From NCBI GenBank assembly GCA_051294905.1, contig CM119372.1, positions 13,456,001 through 13,520,000 on the forward strand: a stretch of 64,000 nucleotides of DNA, given 5' to 3'. Below are positions 1 through 12,820 of this stretch, piece by piece. This stretch comes from Botryllus schlosseri (taxonomy: Eukaryota). The notes under the pieces are model-generated. The model had not been told where the DNA came from. It searched no databases and worked only from the letters and a program-made list of their open reading frames with translations. Made by a program: the position numbers and the translations under genes. Each line of letters opens with the position of its first letter. Position 1 is the first letter of the stretch.

Positions 1-190
1 TAGCCTACAGAGCCGACATAGTTTACATGCACAAAGTAGACCAACCCCTTTTCGTTCTAGTTACACCCCCATGGTAAGTGGTAACGTGATATATAAGCGA
101 GTGACGCATGGCAGATTCAAATCTTGCGCAAAAAATACGGTGAAATAACAATCCGAGAATCAATTAAATAGTATATTCATATTGAAATGA

Positions 191-224
191 ACCCGAATAT
201 TTTCGGCTGACACTCGTCAGGGGT
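191..224 (-). ncRNA. Minimal hammerhead ribozyme, copy in the left Penelope arm
   Basis: Exact reverse complement of 1726-1759. Confidence 0.8.
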
Positions 225-325
225 AATCGTCAGCAACTAGTAGAGAATTGGAAAGAACATTGTATATCAACAATCGTATCACAAAATATGACGTCACCAG
301 CATGAAATTTCGAATGAGAGAGCGT

Positions 326-1044
326 TCAATGTACTATTTTTAGGTGATACACGAACTCCTTTTGTTGACAGAGTTTTGGTTGGTGTATTTTGATAAAAGT
401 TGATTCCAAGGCACACAAATGGAATTGTGAACGGCCTCGACCTACGATTCGAAATCGGTCGTCTCGATAATTATTCGCACAAATCGGATTATCCAACAGA
501 TGTTTGCCGATGGCAGAATTAATGGCTTTTGATCGATCAGCATCAATCTTGAGTGAATGAGTTAAGGGTGAGCTTTTCACATCGCGTGACGCACGTGTTC
601 TGATAAATCTGGGGACATGTTGGTTTATGCGGTCCTGCAGACGTCTTGACGTTCTTCCCACGTAGCCACAATCACAGTGGCACCTATATTCGTACACTAC
701 ATTACTTTGTTGAAGTGCAGGAAGCACGTCTTTGCGTGTTGAAGGGAGCAGTTGTGTTGTTGTAAAAATCACATTGGTTTTGACTGTATCGTAACATTTA
801 CCGACAGCAGAAATCAATTGTTTTTCAAAGCGGGTGGAAATGGGGCCAATCCAAGGTAGATGGATATAAACATCTTTTATTGTTCGTGCGGTGGGCTCTG
901 TTCGTTTTTCTGCGTTGAATTGCGTTAATTTCCTCTCCATGCCGCGGCTGATGACGTGTTCAGGGTAACCGTTATCAAGTAAGATTTTTCGGATGTAGTC
1001 AAGTTCTAAACTCAGTTTGTTACCCGAACATATCATCAGCGCAC
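326..1044 (-). pseudogene. 5'-truncated Penelope ORF: RT C-terminal linker plus GIY-YIG endonuclease
   Basis: ALMICS...ELDYIRKILLDNGYP linker, VVYEYRCHCDCGYVGRTSRRLQDRINQH (GIY-YIG variant), SAIGKHL, LESTFIK. Confidence 0.88.
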
Positions 1045-1048
1045 TCGC

Positions 1049-1624
1049 ACAGAGCCCACCGCACGAACAATAAAAGATGTTTATATCCATCTACCTTGGA
1101 TTGGCCCCATTTCCACCCGCTTTGAAAAACAATTGATTTCTGCTGTCGGTAAATGTTACGATACAGTCAAAACCAATGTGATTTTTACAACAACACAACT
1201 GCTCCCTTCAACACGCAAAGACGTGCTTCCTGCACTTCAACAAAGTAATGTAGTGTACGAATATAGGTGCCACTGTGATTGTGGCTACGTGGGAAGAACG
1301 TCAAGACGTCTGCAGGACCGCATAAACCAACATGTCCCCAGATTTATCAGAACACGTGCGTCACGCGATGTGAAAAGCTCACCCTTAACTCATCCACTCA
1401 AGATTGATGCTGATCGATCAAAAGCCATTAATTCTGCCATCGGCAAACATCTGTTGGATAATCCGATTTGTGCGAATAATTATCGAGACGACCGATTTCG
1501 AATCGTAGGTCGAGGCCGTTCACAATTCCATTTGTGTGCCTTGGAATCAACTTTTATCAAAATACACCAACCAAAACTCTGTCAACAAAAGGAGTTCGTG
1601 TATCACCTAAAAATAGTACATTGA
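1049..1624 (+). pseudogene. Second, shorter 5'-truncated copy of the Penelope GIY-YIG ORF
   Basis: Identical peptide to the minus-strand copy except THPLK vs THSLK. Confidence 0.88.
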
Positions 1625-1725
1625 ACGCTCTCTCATTCGAAATTTCATGCTGGTGACGTCATATTTTGTGATACGATTGTTGATATACAATGTTCTTTCC
1701 AATTCTCTACTAGTTGCTGACGATT

Positions 1726-1759
1726 ACCCCTGACGAGTGTCAGCCGAAAATATTCGGGT
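1726..1759 (+). ncRNA. Minimal type I hammerhead ribozyme (Penelope pLTR type)
   Basis: ACCC-CTGACGA-G(tgtcagc)C-GAAA-ATAT-TC-GGGT: stem I ACCC/GGGT, CUGANGA and GAAA core, palindromic AATATT stem III, UUC cleavage triplet. Confidence 0.8.
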
Positions 1760-2887
1760 TCATTTCAATATGAATATACTATTTAATTGTATATTGAAGT
1801 TCTGTACCTCCAAGAAGCTCTTCAATCCGAGAATCAGAGAATGAGATAAAGTGAACGCGAAATTTTGCTATACCGATTAATTCTTCTCGTAACGTAACAC
1901 ACGTATACCTGCAATCCGCACAATACGGATATTGCTAATCGCTATTACGAATATCGCAACAGAACAGCGTGTATATATTTACGACATATATCCGCAACCG
2001 ATGAGTTGTGATGATTTGATCATTATAATCGGTATCAACCATTTGTAGTATATTTGAATCCGCTCGCGACACACTCTTCGAAGATTATATCTATATTTCA
2101 CATCTCCAATCGATGAAGCAGATTTCATTAGCTGAGTTCTTTTCTTGATGATGTTAAAAAATATGGATTTAAAAACGGCATTGTCATACAGGCATCGCCA
2201 AGCCGACTTTTTTCTCTGATCGATTAACGCATCGTGCTATCAAAGATTTAAAGCCGCCCGATGTCGGGTACCCCACAGCGAATTTGCTCGTGATATTGGT
2301 TGCCGGAGCGTTGGCAACTTCAGTTTTACAATTATACAAATAAAAAATTACTTAGTCGGAATAGATTTGCCCGATTTAGACCCCAAAATAACCTGGAGGT
2401 GTCGTATTTTCCCTATTATGGAAAAGAACCGCGGGTAATCTTAAACGGCAATTTTAGAATTTTGGAAAGTAGGGTTCGGAGCCCCCTAAAATACCCTGAA
2501 TATGCCACTGTGAGCACCCCAGCACTAACACTATGTCTCAGCTGTCACAAGAAGAATGATTCTGACCGGTATGAAAATTTACTAATATACAATACATTAA
2601 AAATGCAAATTTCAAGTGCTAAATTAATATTTTATCAGATAGGCTATACCCATGTGACGAGCCAGATATGGCTCGGGAATCGTAGGAATATCTACCGGAT
2701 ATGCGACTACATTGGTTATATAGCTCAGTGGTTACGACTCATGGGGCACAACAATAGCAAATGCTTGAGTAATCATCTGTTAAAACAGCTAGTGGTCGGC
2801 CGCCGGCTTTGCACTACATCTTGTAAAGTACAATTGTACAAAGTCTTCCGCAGCACCGACTAGGCTCACTCGTACGTATGTCGTAAG

Positions 2888-5294
2888 CAGACATGGGGTG
2901 ATTACTTCATGAATGTAATCGATTGCGATTACGATTACTTGTGAATCCCACGATTACGATTACGATTACGATTACAGCAAAATCAGGAAGTAGTCGATTA
3001 CGATTACGATTACATTTCAAATGTAATCACGATTACTCACGATTACATTTGTTTTCCTTCTTGAAGCACTAATTTCAGAAGACATATTGGAAGACAATAT
3101 AAGGCTTGCGATGAAAAGGTCTAATGAGATAACAACTTTCTTTACATATCATACGTCATTTGCTTGTTTTGTCATAATGTACCCATTGCCCAACTCGATG
3201 CAGGACTATTCGTCGCACCCAACGATTTGCATTCTTGCCAGGTCCGTAACTGCAACACCCCAAACTCCCCAATAGGACCGGAAGCGAGCTCCAAGGGGAC
3301 TCAAAAGTATTTCGTAAATCAACATAAATTATTATAGAGTATTTTCAAGAGAGTTTATTAAATTGAAAATTTTCTTCGAGCTTCGGGATTTAATGTCTCT
3401 AAATAGCTTGATTTTGAAATGCATACTTCTCCCCATCAAAGCATGCATAATTTATAGGAATAGGCATTTCGGTGTCAGTGGCCGCGTTCTGTGGGCGTGA
3501 CGAATAGTCCGGTCCTTCAAATCTGAGCCCCAACAATGCAAATGCCACCCACAGAGGAGGGAATACATAAGAATTTGTGTGTGCGTCTCACGAAAGTTTT
3601 TTTTTTAATCTGCTACGTTTGGGCGACTACAGTATCTTTTGATTATATAAAAGACGGGAGCTCACGAATTAACAACATACAATAAAGTAATTATAACAAC
3701 ATACCAGATGCTATAGTTATGAATTAGGTGCCCCAGCTCTACGGGTAAATCTGAATGAATAGCAATATAATGCAATTACCAATATCATTGACGAAATTAA
3801 GTCATCAACTTGAAAACTTACACCCTATGAGGCCCCAATACCCAGGGTTGTAATGACTCGAGTCGCAATTTTTCGGTGACTAGACTTGACTGAAGTCATA
3901 TTTTTAAATGCGTAAATTTTTTGTATTGACTCGACATGTACTCGATTCATTTTGCATGACTCGAGACTAGAACGGCCAAGACAGACATTCCATGTAACTT
4001 CGAAGAATAGTAAAGTTACCACATTATTTGTATTTCGTCTATCAGTTCTGATACTTGGAAATAGGGCCGTAACCTGTGATAACTGATGAAGATTACTATA
4101 TTATGAATACGAGTCATTCTATATCACTCAAGAAGAGTTGGAAAAAGGGGGTTAAAGCGGATTGACCTGAAAACTGATCTGTGAACATAACGACTTGGAC
4201 TCGGACTCGAGTCAAACACTATGACTCGGACTCAACCCTATGCTAGCTGACCTGGACTCGGACTTGACTCGGGGATGAATTGAAAATGACTTGACTTGAC
4301 TTGACTCGAGTCAAAACTATAAAAGTGAGATTGACATTGTGACTAGGTTACAACCCTAGCAATACCAACGTTTGGAGTTGAGGACGAATTGCTGTTTTGG
4401 TCCTGATTGTACCTACAACCCACGCTAACATGGTGTATAACTGGATGGCCATGGCGACAGGTATAAATGTCGAGTGAAGAATTGTGAAATAACGATTGGC
4501 GCCCGTTTCAAGTAGAGTCATATGAGAATAAAATAAAGTGAACTTAAAATTCTACCTTCCACTTAATACAGATACTGCAAGCTGCCGTTACGAGAAATGG
4601 CAAAGAACGTCTCGGTTATGATATATATCAGCAGCTGTTGATTTTAACCATCGTAATGTTTTATTTGACGAGAGTATAAAATTTCAAATCTTTGTCCGGT
4701 GTGCGTACAAAATACATACGTATACTACATAGATAGGCCTACTGCTCGCCAAGCAGAAACGGTCAAATTGCGTTTAACTAAGCATAACCAAACAGCAATA
4801 CATGAGTTACTATTTGAAACTAGGCAGAGTGGTGATTCGATTATGATCTTGCGGCGAGGTATAGTGGCGTCTGGTGTTTATTGATAACTTGATATACGGC
4901 ATGGCTCACACTGTTCTAACAATCACAAAACAATGTACATCGAATATATATTTACTACGTGTGGATACTTCTTACGCAAGGACGAGCAAAGCTAATAGCC
5001 TACTTCTGACGTAATAATGAGCAGTGGCGTTTGTAAATCAGCCACTTGCGCTATCAACAACCTGTAATAATATCTCTTCCTTGTTCACGAATGTTCGGTT
5101 ATGTCATATTCATTGTACAAATCAAAAGTAATCGATCTCTCACAAAGAAATCGATTAGATATATGAAGTAGTCGATTACGATTACGATTACTTTGGATTT
5201 TTTTCGAATGTAATCGATTGCGATTACAATTACTTGAAAATGCTGTAATCGTCGTAATCGATTACGATTACTAATCGCGATTACCCCATGTCTG
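2888..5294 (+). mobile_element. Non-autonomous hAT-type DNA transposon (copy 1) with (GATTAC)n subterminal repeats
   Basis: TIR CAGACATGGGGT / ACCCCATGTCTG; perfect 8-bp TSD GTCGTAAG (2880-2887, 5295-5302); near-identical inverted copy at 50989-53393. Confidence 0.92.
3843..4358. mobile_element. MITE nested in hAT-type copy 1 (GACTCGAGTC/GACTT-rich family)
   Basis: TIR CAGGGTTGTAA / TTACAACCCTA; TSD CCAATACC/GCAATACC (7/8); sibling at 6554-7093. Confidence 0.8.
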
Positions 5295-6553
5295 GTCGTA
5301 AGGCACAGGTTGTTATTGCATGTTGCCTGAGCTGGCGACCCGAGCTCAGAATCAATGGACTGTTCTTGTTTTTCATTATTGCAACACAATGGTTCATTCG
5401 CTAGACAAGATAGCAAGCTGTATTTCAAAACACGGACGAATGTTGCGAACTCGAACAAGAAAGCATCAGTCTTTTCAGTATTAAATTGACCATGTAATAA
5501 ATTCGATATGGTGAGATTTGGCGGCCCCGGGATAGTTAAGGCGATCCACTAGGGGTCGCGACCCACAGTGTGCCGACCACTGCTTTAACAATGCAATAGA
5601 TTATATATAGATACAATATACATATAAAACAATTGATTACGATTTTTTCCGAATGTAATCGATTTTGATTACTTGAAATCATGACGAATACAAATCACGA
5701 TTACCTATGTTTGATTAGTACCTTCGCCAGAGGCTTCCATGCATTATCTCATAGCGCAGTGGGCTGTGCATTTTAGAGGTAGGCTACTCAACCAAGTTGT
5801 GCCTACGTGTACTAACTCAATTGGATGTGACTTTGGATACTTACTTTTCTACTTGAACAGTTTTTAGGCCAAAGTACTTACTTTTTGCACTTTGAGATAA
5901 GCTTGCATCACTTCCTACTAGTGAAAATGTCCGCGAAAATGTCCTTATATCACAGCAACTGAATATAATTTCGAAGATTCACCTATGTTGGCAGCATCAT
6001 TGGACATTCTGACTTAGCCAGGCATGCTTCTCGCTATTGCGAAGACATGCAGTCATCTGCTATTAACTATGCAGGCGGTATACGAACCCTCGACTAAAGG
6101 TACTTTTTGAAGATACTTGCTTGAGTAATGTTCAGACTTCTCATTTTCCACTTACACCTGAAGTAGTTTTCAAACTTGGAAATCGCTGCATCTATACTTG
6201 TAATTCAGTAGACACGGCGTTAATTCAACTTATAGTATACCTGTGTAGCGACGTTGGCTACTTCAAGCACATCTGGTAATTTACAACGTACAACGACTGT
6301 GTCTTCAAAATATACTTCAAAGGTTTTTCGACTCTCGGCTGTGACTGCGATTTACATCTCGCCGCCGTGTTTCCGCGTAAACTATTGAAAACTCTTGAGA
6401 GAACGGGGCGGACAATAGGCGAATTCTGAAGATAGGGAGTTCCCTTTCATCGTCGTTACCGTTATTACGTATTACAGTACACAAAAACGGATGACGCTAT
6501 GACCCTGAGTACTTGTAACAAATTCGAATGCTTGTTATCTAAAAGCTGCTATC

Positions 6554-7093
6554 CAGGGTTGTAACCAAGTTACAAGGTCCCGAGTCACAAGTCAATCTCA
6601 CTTTTATAGTTTTGACTCGATTCAAGTCGAGTAATTTTAAATTCACCACCGAGTCAAGTCCGAGTCCAAGTCAGTGAGCAGAGGGTCGAGTCCGATTCAG
6701 TGTTGAGACTCGAGTCCGAGTCCAAGTCATTCTGTTCACTGTTCAGTTTTAAGTACAATCCGCTTCAACCCCCTTTTGCAACTCTGCTCGAGTGATATAG
6801 AATGGTTCGCATTCCTAATATCCTAATTTTCCTCAGTCCCAACAGTTTATGACTCAATTTTCCAAGTATCAGGACTGATGGGCGAAATGCCAATAATGTG
6901 GTGACTTAACTATTCTTCGAAGCTACAATGAAATGTCTTTCATGGCCGTCCAAGTATGAAGTCATGCACAATGACTCGAGTACAAGTCGGTCAATACACA
7001 GATTGACTCGAGTCGAGTCATTTTACGCATTTGAAAAATGATTCGAGTCAAGTCGAGTGACCAAAAAATCGGGACTCGAGTCAAGACAATCTA
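6554..7093. mobile_element. MITE, diverged free copy of the 3843-4358 family in opposite orientation
   Basis: Starts CAGGGTTGTAACC; collinear with 51923-52438; right end degenerate, TSD not clear. Confidence 0.75.
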
Positions 7094-7205
7094 AGCCTCT
7101 CAAGTGATATTCTATTTTTGATATGTGGAAATGTTCCGGCGTTTAAAACACCAATGCCGATGACGCATCGATCGGATCGGCATACTTGTGTAACGGACTC
7201 GCACG

Positions 7206-7805
7206 TAGAGGTGGTCAAAGTAGCCAAGAAAGCTACTCAAGTAGAAGTAGCGACGAAAAAATCTACTCAAGTACGAGTAGAAGTACTTCTTCCATAAGCA
7301 ACCTGAAACTACTTGAAGTAGGATTGACTGACTTTAAATCTACTCAAGTAAGTAAGTAGTTTTGAAAACAGTCTTAATTCCTTCGCATGAGCTGTCAAAA
7401 GCTGCAAATTGAGCTATGCGGATAGCAGCACGGAAAGCTTGATTGGCATTGATGCTTCCCAGGAGGTATCAATTTTCGACAGAACAACCATTTTTTCGCA
7501 TCATTGGATGCAAATTATAGTATTGATATGAAAATCCGATACTAACACTTTGTTTACGGGAAGACCCCGTTTTAGAGAATATCGTGGCATGGCGCCCTAC
7601 CCCATATTTAGGCGAAGAGTAATACGGAGAAGTTGTATCGGATGCGGTTTCAACACTTTCAGTATATATATATATAGATATAGATTAGTATACGTTAATA
7701 ACAAATATTGTACAACAAATCAGATCTACTTGAGTAAGTACCAGTAGAGGTAAACTACTTGAGCACTTCTAAAAAGTATAAGTACTCCGTTACTGACCAC
7801 CTCTG
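7206..7805. mobile_element. hAT-type MITE (TACTCAAGTA-rich)
   Basis: TIR TAGAGGTGGTCA / TGACCACCTCTG; 8-bp TSD CTCGCACG on both sides. Confidence 0.85.
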
Positions 7806-8776
7806 CTCGCACGTATGATATATATATTATATACTCGACACATCACGCTACCACAAGATCACCAGCGAGTCCGACTGTGCAGTTAATTACCGAGCTCGCA
7901 ATTTCCCTGTCTCGAGAACAAACGAATACGCATCTTGGTGACGGCTGATAAAATAAAGTTACAGGAATTATTTTCCCAAATGGAAAGTCTGTTCTGGACT
8001 CTATTCATCAGTGACTCTGATTCCAGAGGAGTCAAGAGTTTCGATACCAAGAGCCTGCAAGACATTTCTGATCGTTCTGTTTTAGTACTAGCGTTAATCA
8101 AAATCAATTACGCCGCTGTCTGTTCACGGTCAGCGTGTATTTCAATCTATGCCGTCCATGTCATCAATGTCTGTATCATATTCCTACATAGCAGGAGATG
8201 ACATTCGCCACATTTTGCGCCTATAGAAATTGACATCTTCTTGTTGCCCCGCGTTGCGTATTTCAAATAGTCGCGTTCGATCAATGTGTTCAGGGGCATA
8301 GCTGAGTTGTTATGGAGTCTGTTCTATAATGGCATCGATTTCAGGTGGTTCGAACCTTTCTCATCTTTGGTAACCCAAGCCCTGACACACATCTTCTGAT
8401 GGTTATGCTCAAGTATTAACGGAAATCAAGTACGCGGACATTCGATGTCATTCAGTTTCGCAACAATCTTTAATCAGAATCGAGAGATGGGAGCCAAAGC
8501 ATGCCAGGCCCGAGACGCGATAGTTAGGCCAGCGATGGTATAGTGCGCACCGGACCTATTGCAGATGCAATTTTTCAAGCCAGCGGAACTAGGCTTGATG
8601 GATACACGATAAATCAGGCCAGCGACGATTACCATTTTGCGCGGCAATCAATGACCCAATTTCGCAATCAGACTTGGACAACTAGATAATTCTAGTTGTC
8701 TAATTTCACTAAATTAGAGCGAAATGCCAGTAATCTAATTCTAATCTAATTTGTGAAATGCTTCCATGCTCTAATT

Positions 8777-10643
8777 CAGTGGTTCTTAACCTTTTTTCCT
8801 CCAGCGCCCCCTTTCAAAAATTATCGTGCTCCAGCGCCCCCCAACCTCATATTGTAAGGAATGTAATAAAGACAATGAGTAAGAGGGAGGGCCGTAACAG
8901 CACTTCGTCAACCCCCTAAAAACGATTGCCTTGCGCACCCATAGCGTCATAAACCAAACTTCTGAGAGCTTCGCCCGCAAGAACCCCGTAGCGTCATTTC
9001 GATGGTCAGCAAAGTTTTTGTGGCCTGGTCGCCCTAGGTACCAAAATTTTGTATATTGCATGAATGAATAGGTGGTAGTTACATATATAAGCCGCTATAG
9101 ATTTTTTATCCTCTCAGCCAACGAAATCAGATTTACCAGTAGCGCTGAGTGAGCTGTTGTATGGTAAAATAAAGGGCACGTAATTATTAATTGAACAGAT
9201 TCGGGCGTGCCCATAGGTACAATTATTTCGTTACCAGGGACGTAAGAGCACTTCGTCAGCCCCCCAAAAACGTTGGTCTTGGGCCCCCATCGGGTGATAC
9301 ACCAAACTTCCGGGTGGCTTCGCCCCCAGACCCCCCTTCTGCTATCCGCTATTTGCTGATACTAGTCATCTACATTGGGTGTCCACTGTCCATTTACTGA
9401 GCCAGCTATTCTCATCTAGACGCGCGAAGCGCGAAAAGTTTCAATAATTAATGATTGAATTGGTCAATATAATCGGGAATTGCATGTATATTGATATCAA
9501 TTTTTATGCTCTCTCTTTCTCACGTAAACAGATTTACCGGTAGAGCTGAGTGATGTGTGATTGAAAGGGTATAGGACCCCTTAATAATAATTATACATCT
9601 TCGGGCGTATACCCGTTGGCAGGAACGAAACGGCACTTCGTCAGGCCCACCGAAAAAACTTGGGTCTTGGGCTCCCATAGGGTGATAAACCGACCGCCCC
9701 CATCACGTTGTTTGCTTTTGCCACGAAATCAGCTGTACTGTTTAGCGAGCCAGTGCGAAGCGCGAAAACTTTCGATAATTCATGATAAAATCGGTCCGTA
9801 AGATCGGGAATTGCATATATATTGCTATCAATTCCTTGTCCTCTCTGTTCACGTTACCAGATTTACCGGTAGAGCTGAGTGAGGTGCGATGTTCCCTCTA
9901 AGCTGCGCACGTGCGCAGTGCTGACACGGTCTCTGTGCACAGAAAATTTACGTTGCGCACAACAAATCCGAAGTTATGACCTTTTTTAGTCGTTACGCAC
10001 TGTTGTCCAAGGGTCGTCTGCGCAGTGAGTTGTTGAGTGTGCGCAGACTCATCAAAACGTAGAGCGAACATTGTGAGGTGTCTTGGAAACTGTAGGGCCC
10101 GTAACTAATAATTAAACATATTCGGGCGGGCGAACTCGTTGGTATGACTTCGTTGCATGATGTTATTTCGTGACCTCCTGTCTGCTATATATCAAAAAAT
10201 ATAGAATCGCCCAACAGGAATATCTAGTTTTAGATATCCCTGTCGCCCAATCGTACTAAACTAAAAGACGCACACGATTTCAAATTGGTATTTCTTCACT
10301 GGCATATAATTTTTCCCCGCCAGATGGAATTCCTCTTCTGGGGTTCAGATTGCCAAGACAGGAACATTCGGCGCCAGTCATTTAGGCGCCCATGGTCAAT
10401 TAAACCTATATGTCCTTATTGTAGGCTATATATAACGAAGTTTTTGGTGTTAATTTGCTCTGAATACTCAATAAGGATATGTCCTACCACCACATCATCT
10501 ACTGCGAAGCCATTTATTTCCAGCGCCCCCCATACCGCCCCCCTGAGCCCAGCGCCTCCCATTTTGCCCCCTGAGCATTTCCGCCCCCTTCAAAATCGCC
10601 AGCGCCCCTTGGGGGGCGCTGGAGGCAAGGTTAAGAACCACTG
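8777..10643. mobile_element. hAT-type element nested in 8669-11333, with degenerate ~330-400-bp internal repeats
   Basis: TIR CAGTGGTTCTTAACC / GGTTAAGAACCACTG; TSD CTCTAATT/CTCTAATC; CAGATTTACC(G/A)GTAG.GCTGAGTGA recurs near 9129, 9529 and 9858. Confidence 0.8.
9887..10073. mobile_element. Short MITE nested at a third level
   Basis: Ends CGATGTTCCCTCTA / TAGAGCGAACATTG; TGAGGTG duplicated on both flanks. Confidence 0.65.
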
Positions 10644-11568
10644 CTCTAATCTAATTATTGTTTTCCTTAAAATGCGTCTTTGTCCGAGGCATATTGCACT
10701 ATTGCAGTGAGTTAACAAGAATATCCCTCTTGCGCAGGGAAATCCAGTGCCAAGCCACCATCGCCTTACTTTCACCCTGCAGTCTTAGTAGATGTTATGA
10801 CGAATATAGCCTGCTAGAGTAGCTTGTAGTCTGCGAACAACATTATAGTTTCTAAAACTTACGTTAGTAGGCTACATCGCCATTCTGACTAACATGGGCC
10901 ATGCCCATGGTTACCCTAAAAGAAGTAATAGCTTATTAAAGTATAGTAAAAATCGAGCCAAGCTTGGTGTACAGAAGTTAACCATTCTCATGTTTATGGG
11001 AATGCACTGTTGTTGTTGTTTATTAAACAAAAATATGTGGCGCTTATCGCCTCACGGCCTTTTGCGCCACGCACTGTGATTTGATGTGAACTGCATTTTG
11101 CTGTATTCATTTCCCATATACAATTTCATTCAATTTCCGAGTTTTTGCGAACTAAGTATAGCTCTAATTCTAATCTAATTTGAAAAAAAGCTGTGTAGCT
11201 CTAATTCTAATCTAATTTGGAAAAACTGTGCAGCTCTAATTCTAATTCTAATTTAGTTTGAAAAAAAAAACTGTGGAGCTCTAATTCTAATCTAATTCAG
11301 AAAAGCTGAAAATTTTCTAGTTTTCCAAGTCTGTTCGAAATCATCTCAGCGGGAGATCGCGTTACGTTACATTGTGCACAAATTATTCTCGATAATTGGA
11401 AACACGCTTGTCGTTAATTGGCCGTGGCCGCGCTTAACACTGATAAAATACGACTGAATATTAACGCCGGAATGGTCATTTCTAAAGGACGGGGTCTTGC
11501 TAATCGTCCGAAATACATTGCTTATTTCTAAATAAATCGATCAATTCGCCAGCCAGTTAGTTACAGAC

Positions 11569-11903
11569 TAGTGCGGAGCGGATCGACAAATTCTCTGGTC
11601 CGGCCGCATCAGGAAAAGTACTGATTCGGCTCCAATCCGGTTCCGGCCAAAAATGAAAAAGTCCGGCCAGAAATCCGGCCCTACTCGGTACGGAGGTTTC
11701 GTGAATTGATAAATATGCCTCGTTTATGTTCACACTGGCTTGGTGGTTACTTACGTGTGGTTGGTTGGTAGTTATATAGTTATAAAAGTTATGCTTATCC
11801 ATAAAGATTCTGGCCGCATCAAAAAAGTAGTGATCCGGCTCCGATCAAAATTGTAAAAATCCGGCCGGATATCCAATCCGGCTCCGGTCCATGATCCGCA
11901 TTA
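11569..11903. mobile_element. MITE (ATCCGG-rich)
   Basis: TIR TAGTGCGGA / TCCGCATTA; 8-bp TSD TTACAGAC. Confidence 0.8.
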
Positions 11904-12820
11904 TTACAGACCTAACCGAATTCTGGGTATGCCGCATACCCCAGAATATCCCTAGGTATGCGCGGAATACCGAGTTCAGCGCCTATGACTGATACTGCTA
12001 CTAATAAGGTATAGAAGTGTGCATAACAAAAATTCAATCCTGGGTGTAGAGCCGATCCGCGGATTGATCAATCTAGTCTTGATAGGTTGCGGAGTGGGGT
12101 TACGGATGTATGATAGCACGCTGGAACCCGACAGCGGCTAAATATCATTAGGTTTGAAAATATGCGAATTAGGATCATTAACATTATTTTTCTTTTCATG
12201 TACGTTGCGCAAATTTGATTTCTTCAAATACATCTAGACCAGGGCCGTTGAGTCGGAGATACGAACAAGGTCTTGTCAGTGAATGATTTTGTGAGGTATG
12301 TAAATGCAATCAATTTGAAAAATCGAAAATAGGATCTCTGTTATGATTCTAGCGAAACCGTAACATGTCCATTGCCCAGTCTTGAAGTCACTTCGCACCA
12401 ATTCTCAAGTTTTGTTGTGTGTGAGCCAGTACGCTTTACTGACCAATCTCAACCGTCAGTTTGTCAAGCTGAACTGTACAGTGCACAGTACTTCCTCTGT
12501 AGTAACTTACAACTGCGCCACAATCTCAAAACAAAGAACGAATGCGAGCCTCATCGGCCTTGAGGGCGGAATGCGATAAACGGCAGCAATTGGTCGACCA
12601 TTATATGGTCGTCACACGAATTCGAAAAGCCTCAAAGCGTCAATGCCTTCATCCCTCCGATGCGGATACGAATTTCTTTATGGACAAAAAATTCCGTTTT
12701 AATCAAGGTTCACTGTTACCCGAGATGTTAAATTGAAACCGAAGGAATAACATGTGGCCGACGGTACACAGAATGGCACAAACGAGACCCAAAACACGTT
12801 CCGGCCTTCACAGAAAATGT

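Larger units (their letters stand above)
162..1822. mobile_element. Penelope-like element insertion: two 5'-truncated copies in inverted (diverging) arrangement
   Basis: Arms ~162-901 and ~1049-1789 are near-perfect reverse complements; both encode a GIY-YIG endonuclease C-terminus; flanking direct repeat CAATCCGAGAATC at 149-161 and 1823-1835 (TSD). Confidence 0.9.
8669..11333. mobile_element. hAT-type non-autonomous element (CTAATT repeats), host of nested insertions
   Basis: TIR CAGACTTGGA / TCCAAGTCTG; TSD TTCGCAAT/TTCGAAAT (7/8). Confidence 0.78.

Noticed and set aside
2300..2863. 187-aa ORF as a gene
   Set aside because: Non-ATG start, no recognisable motifs, overlaps repeat-like sequence.
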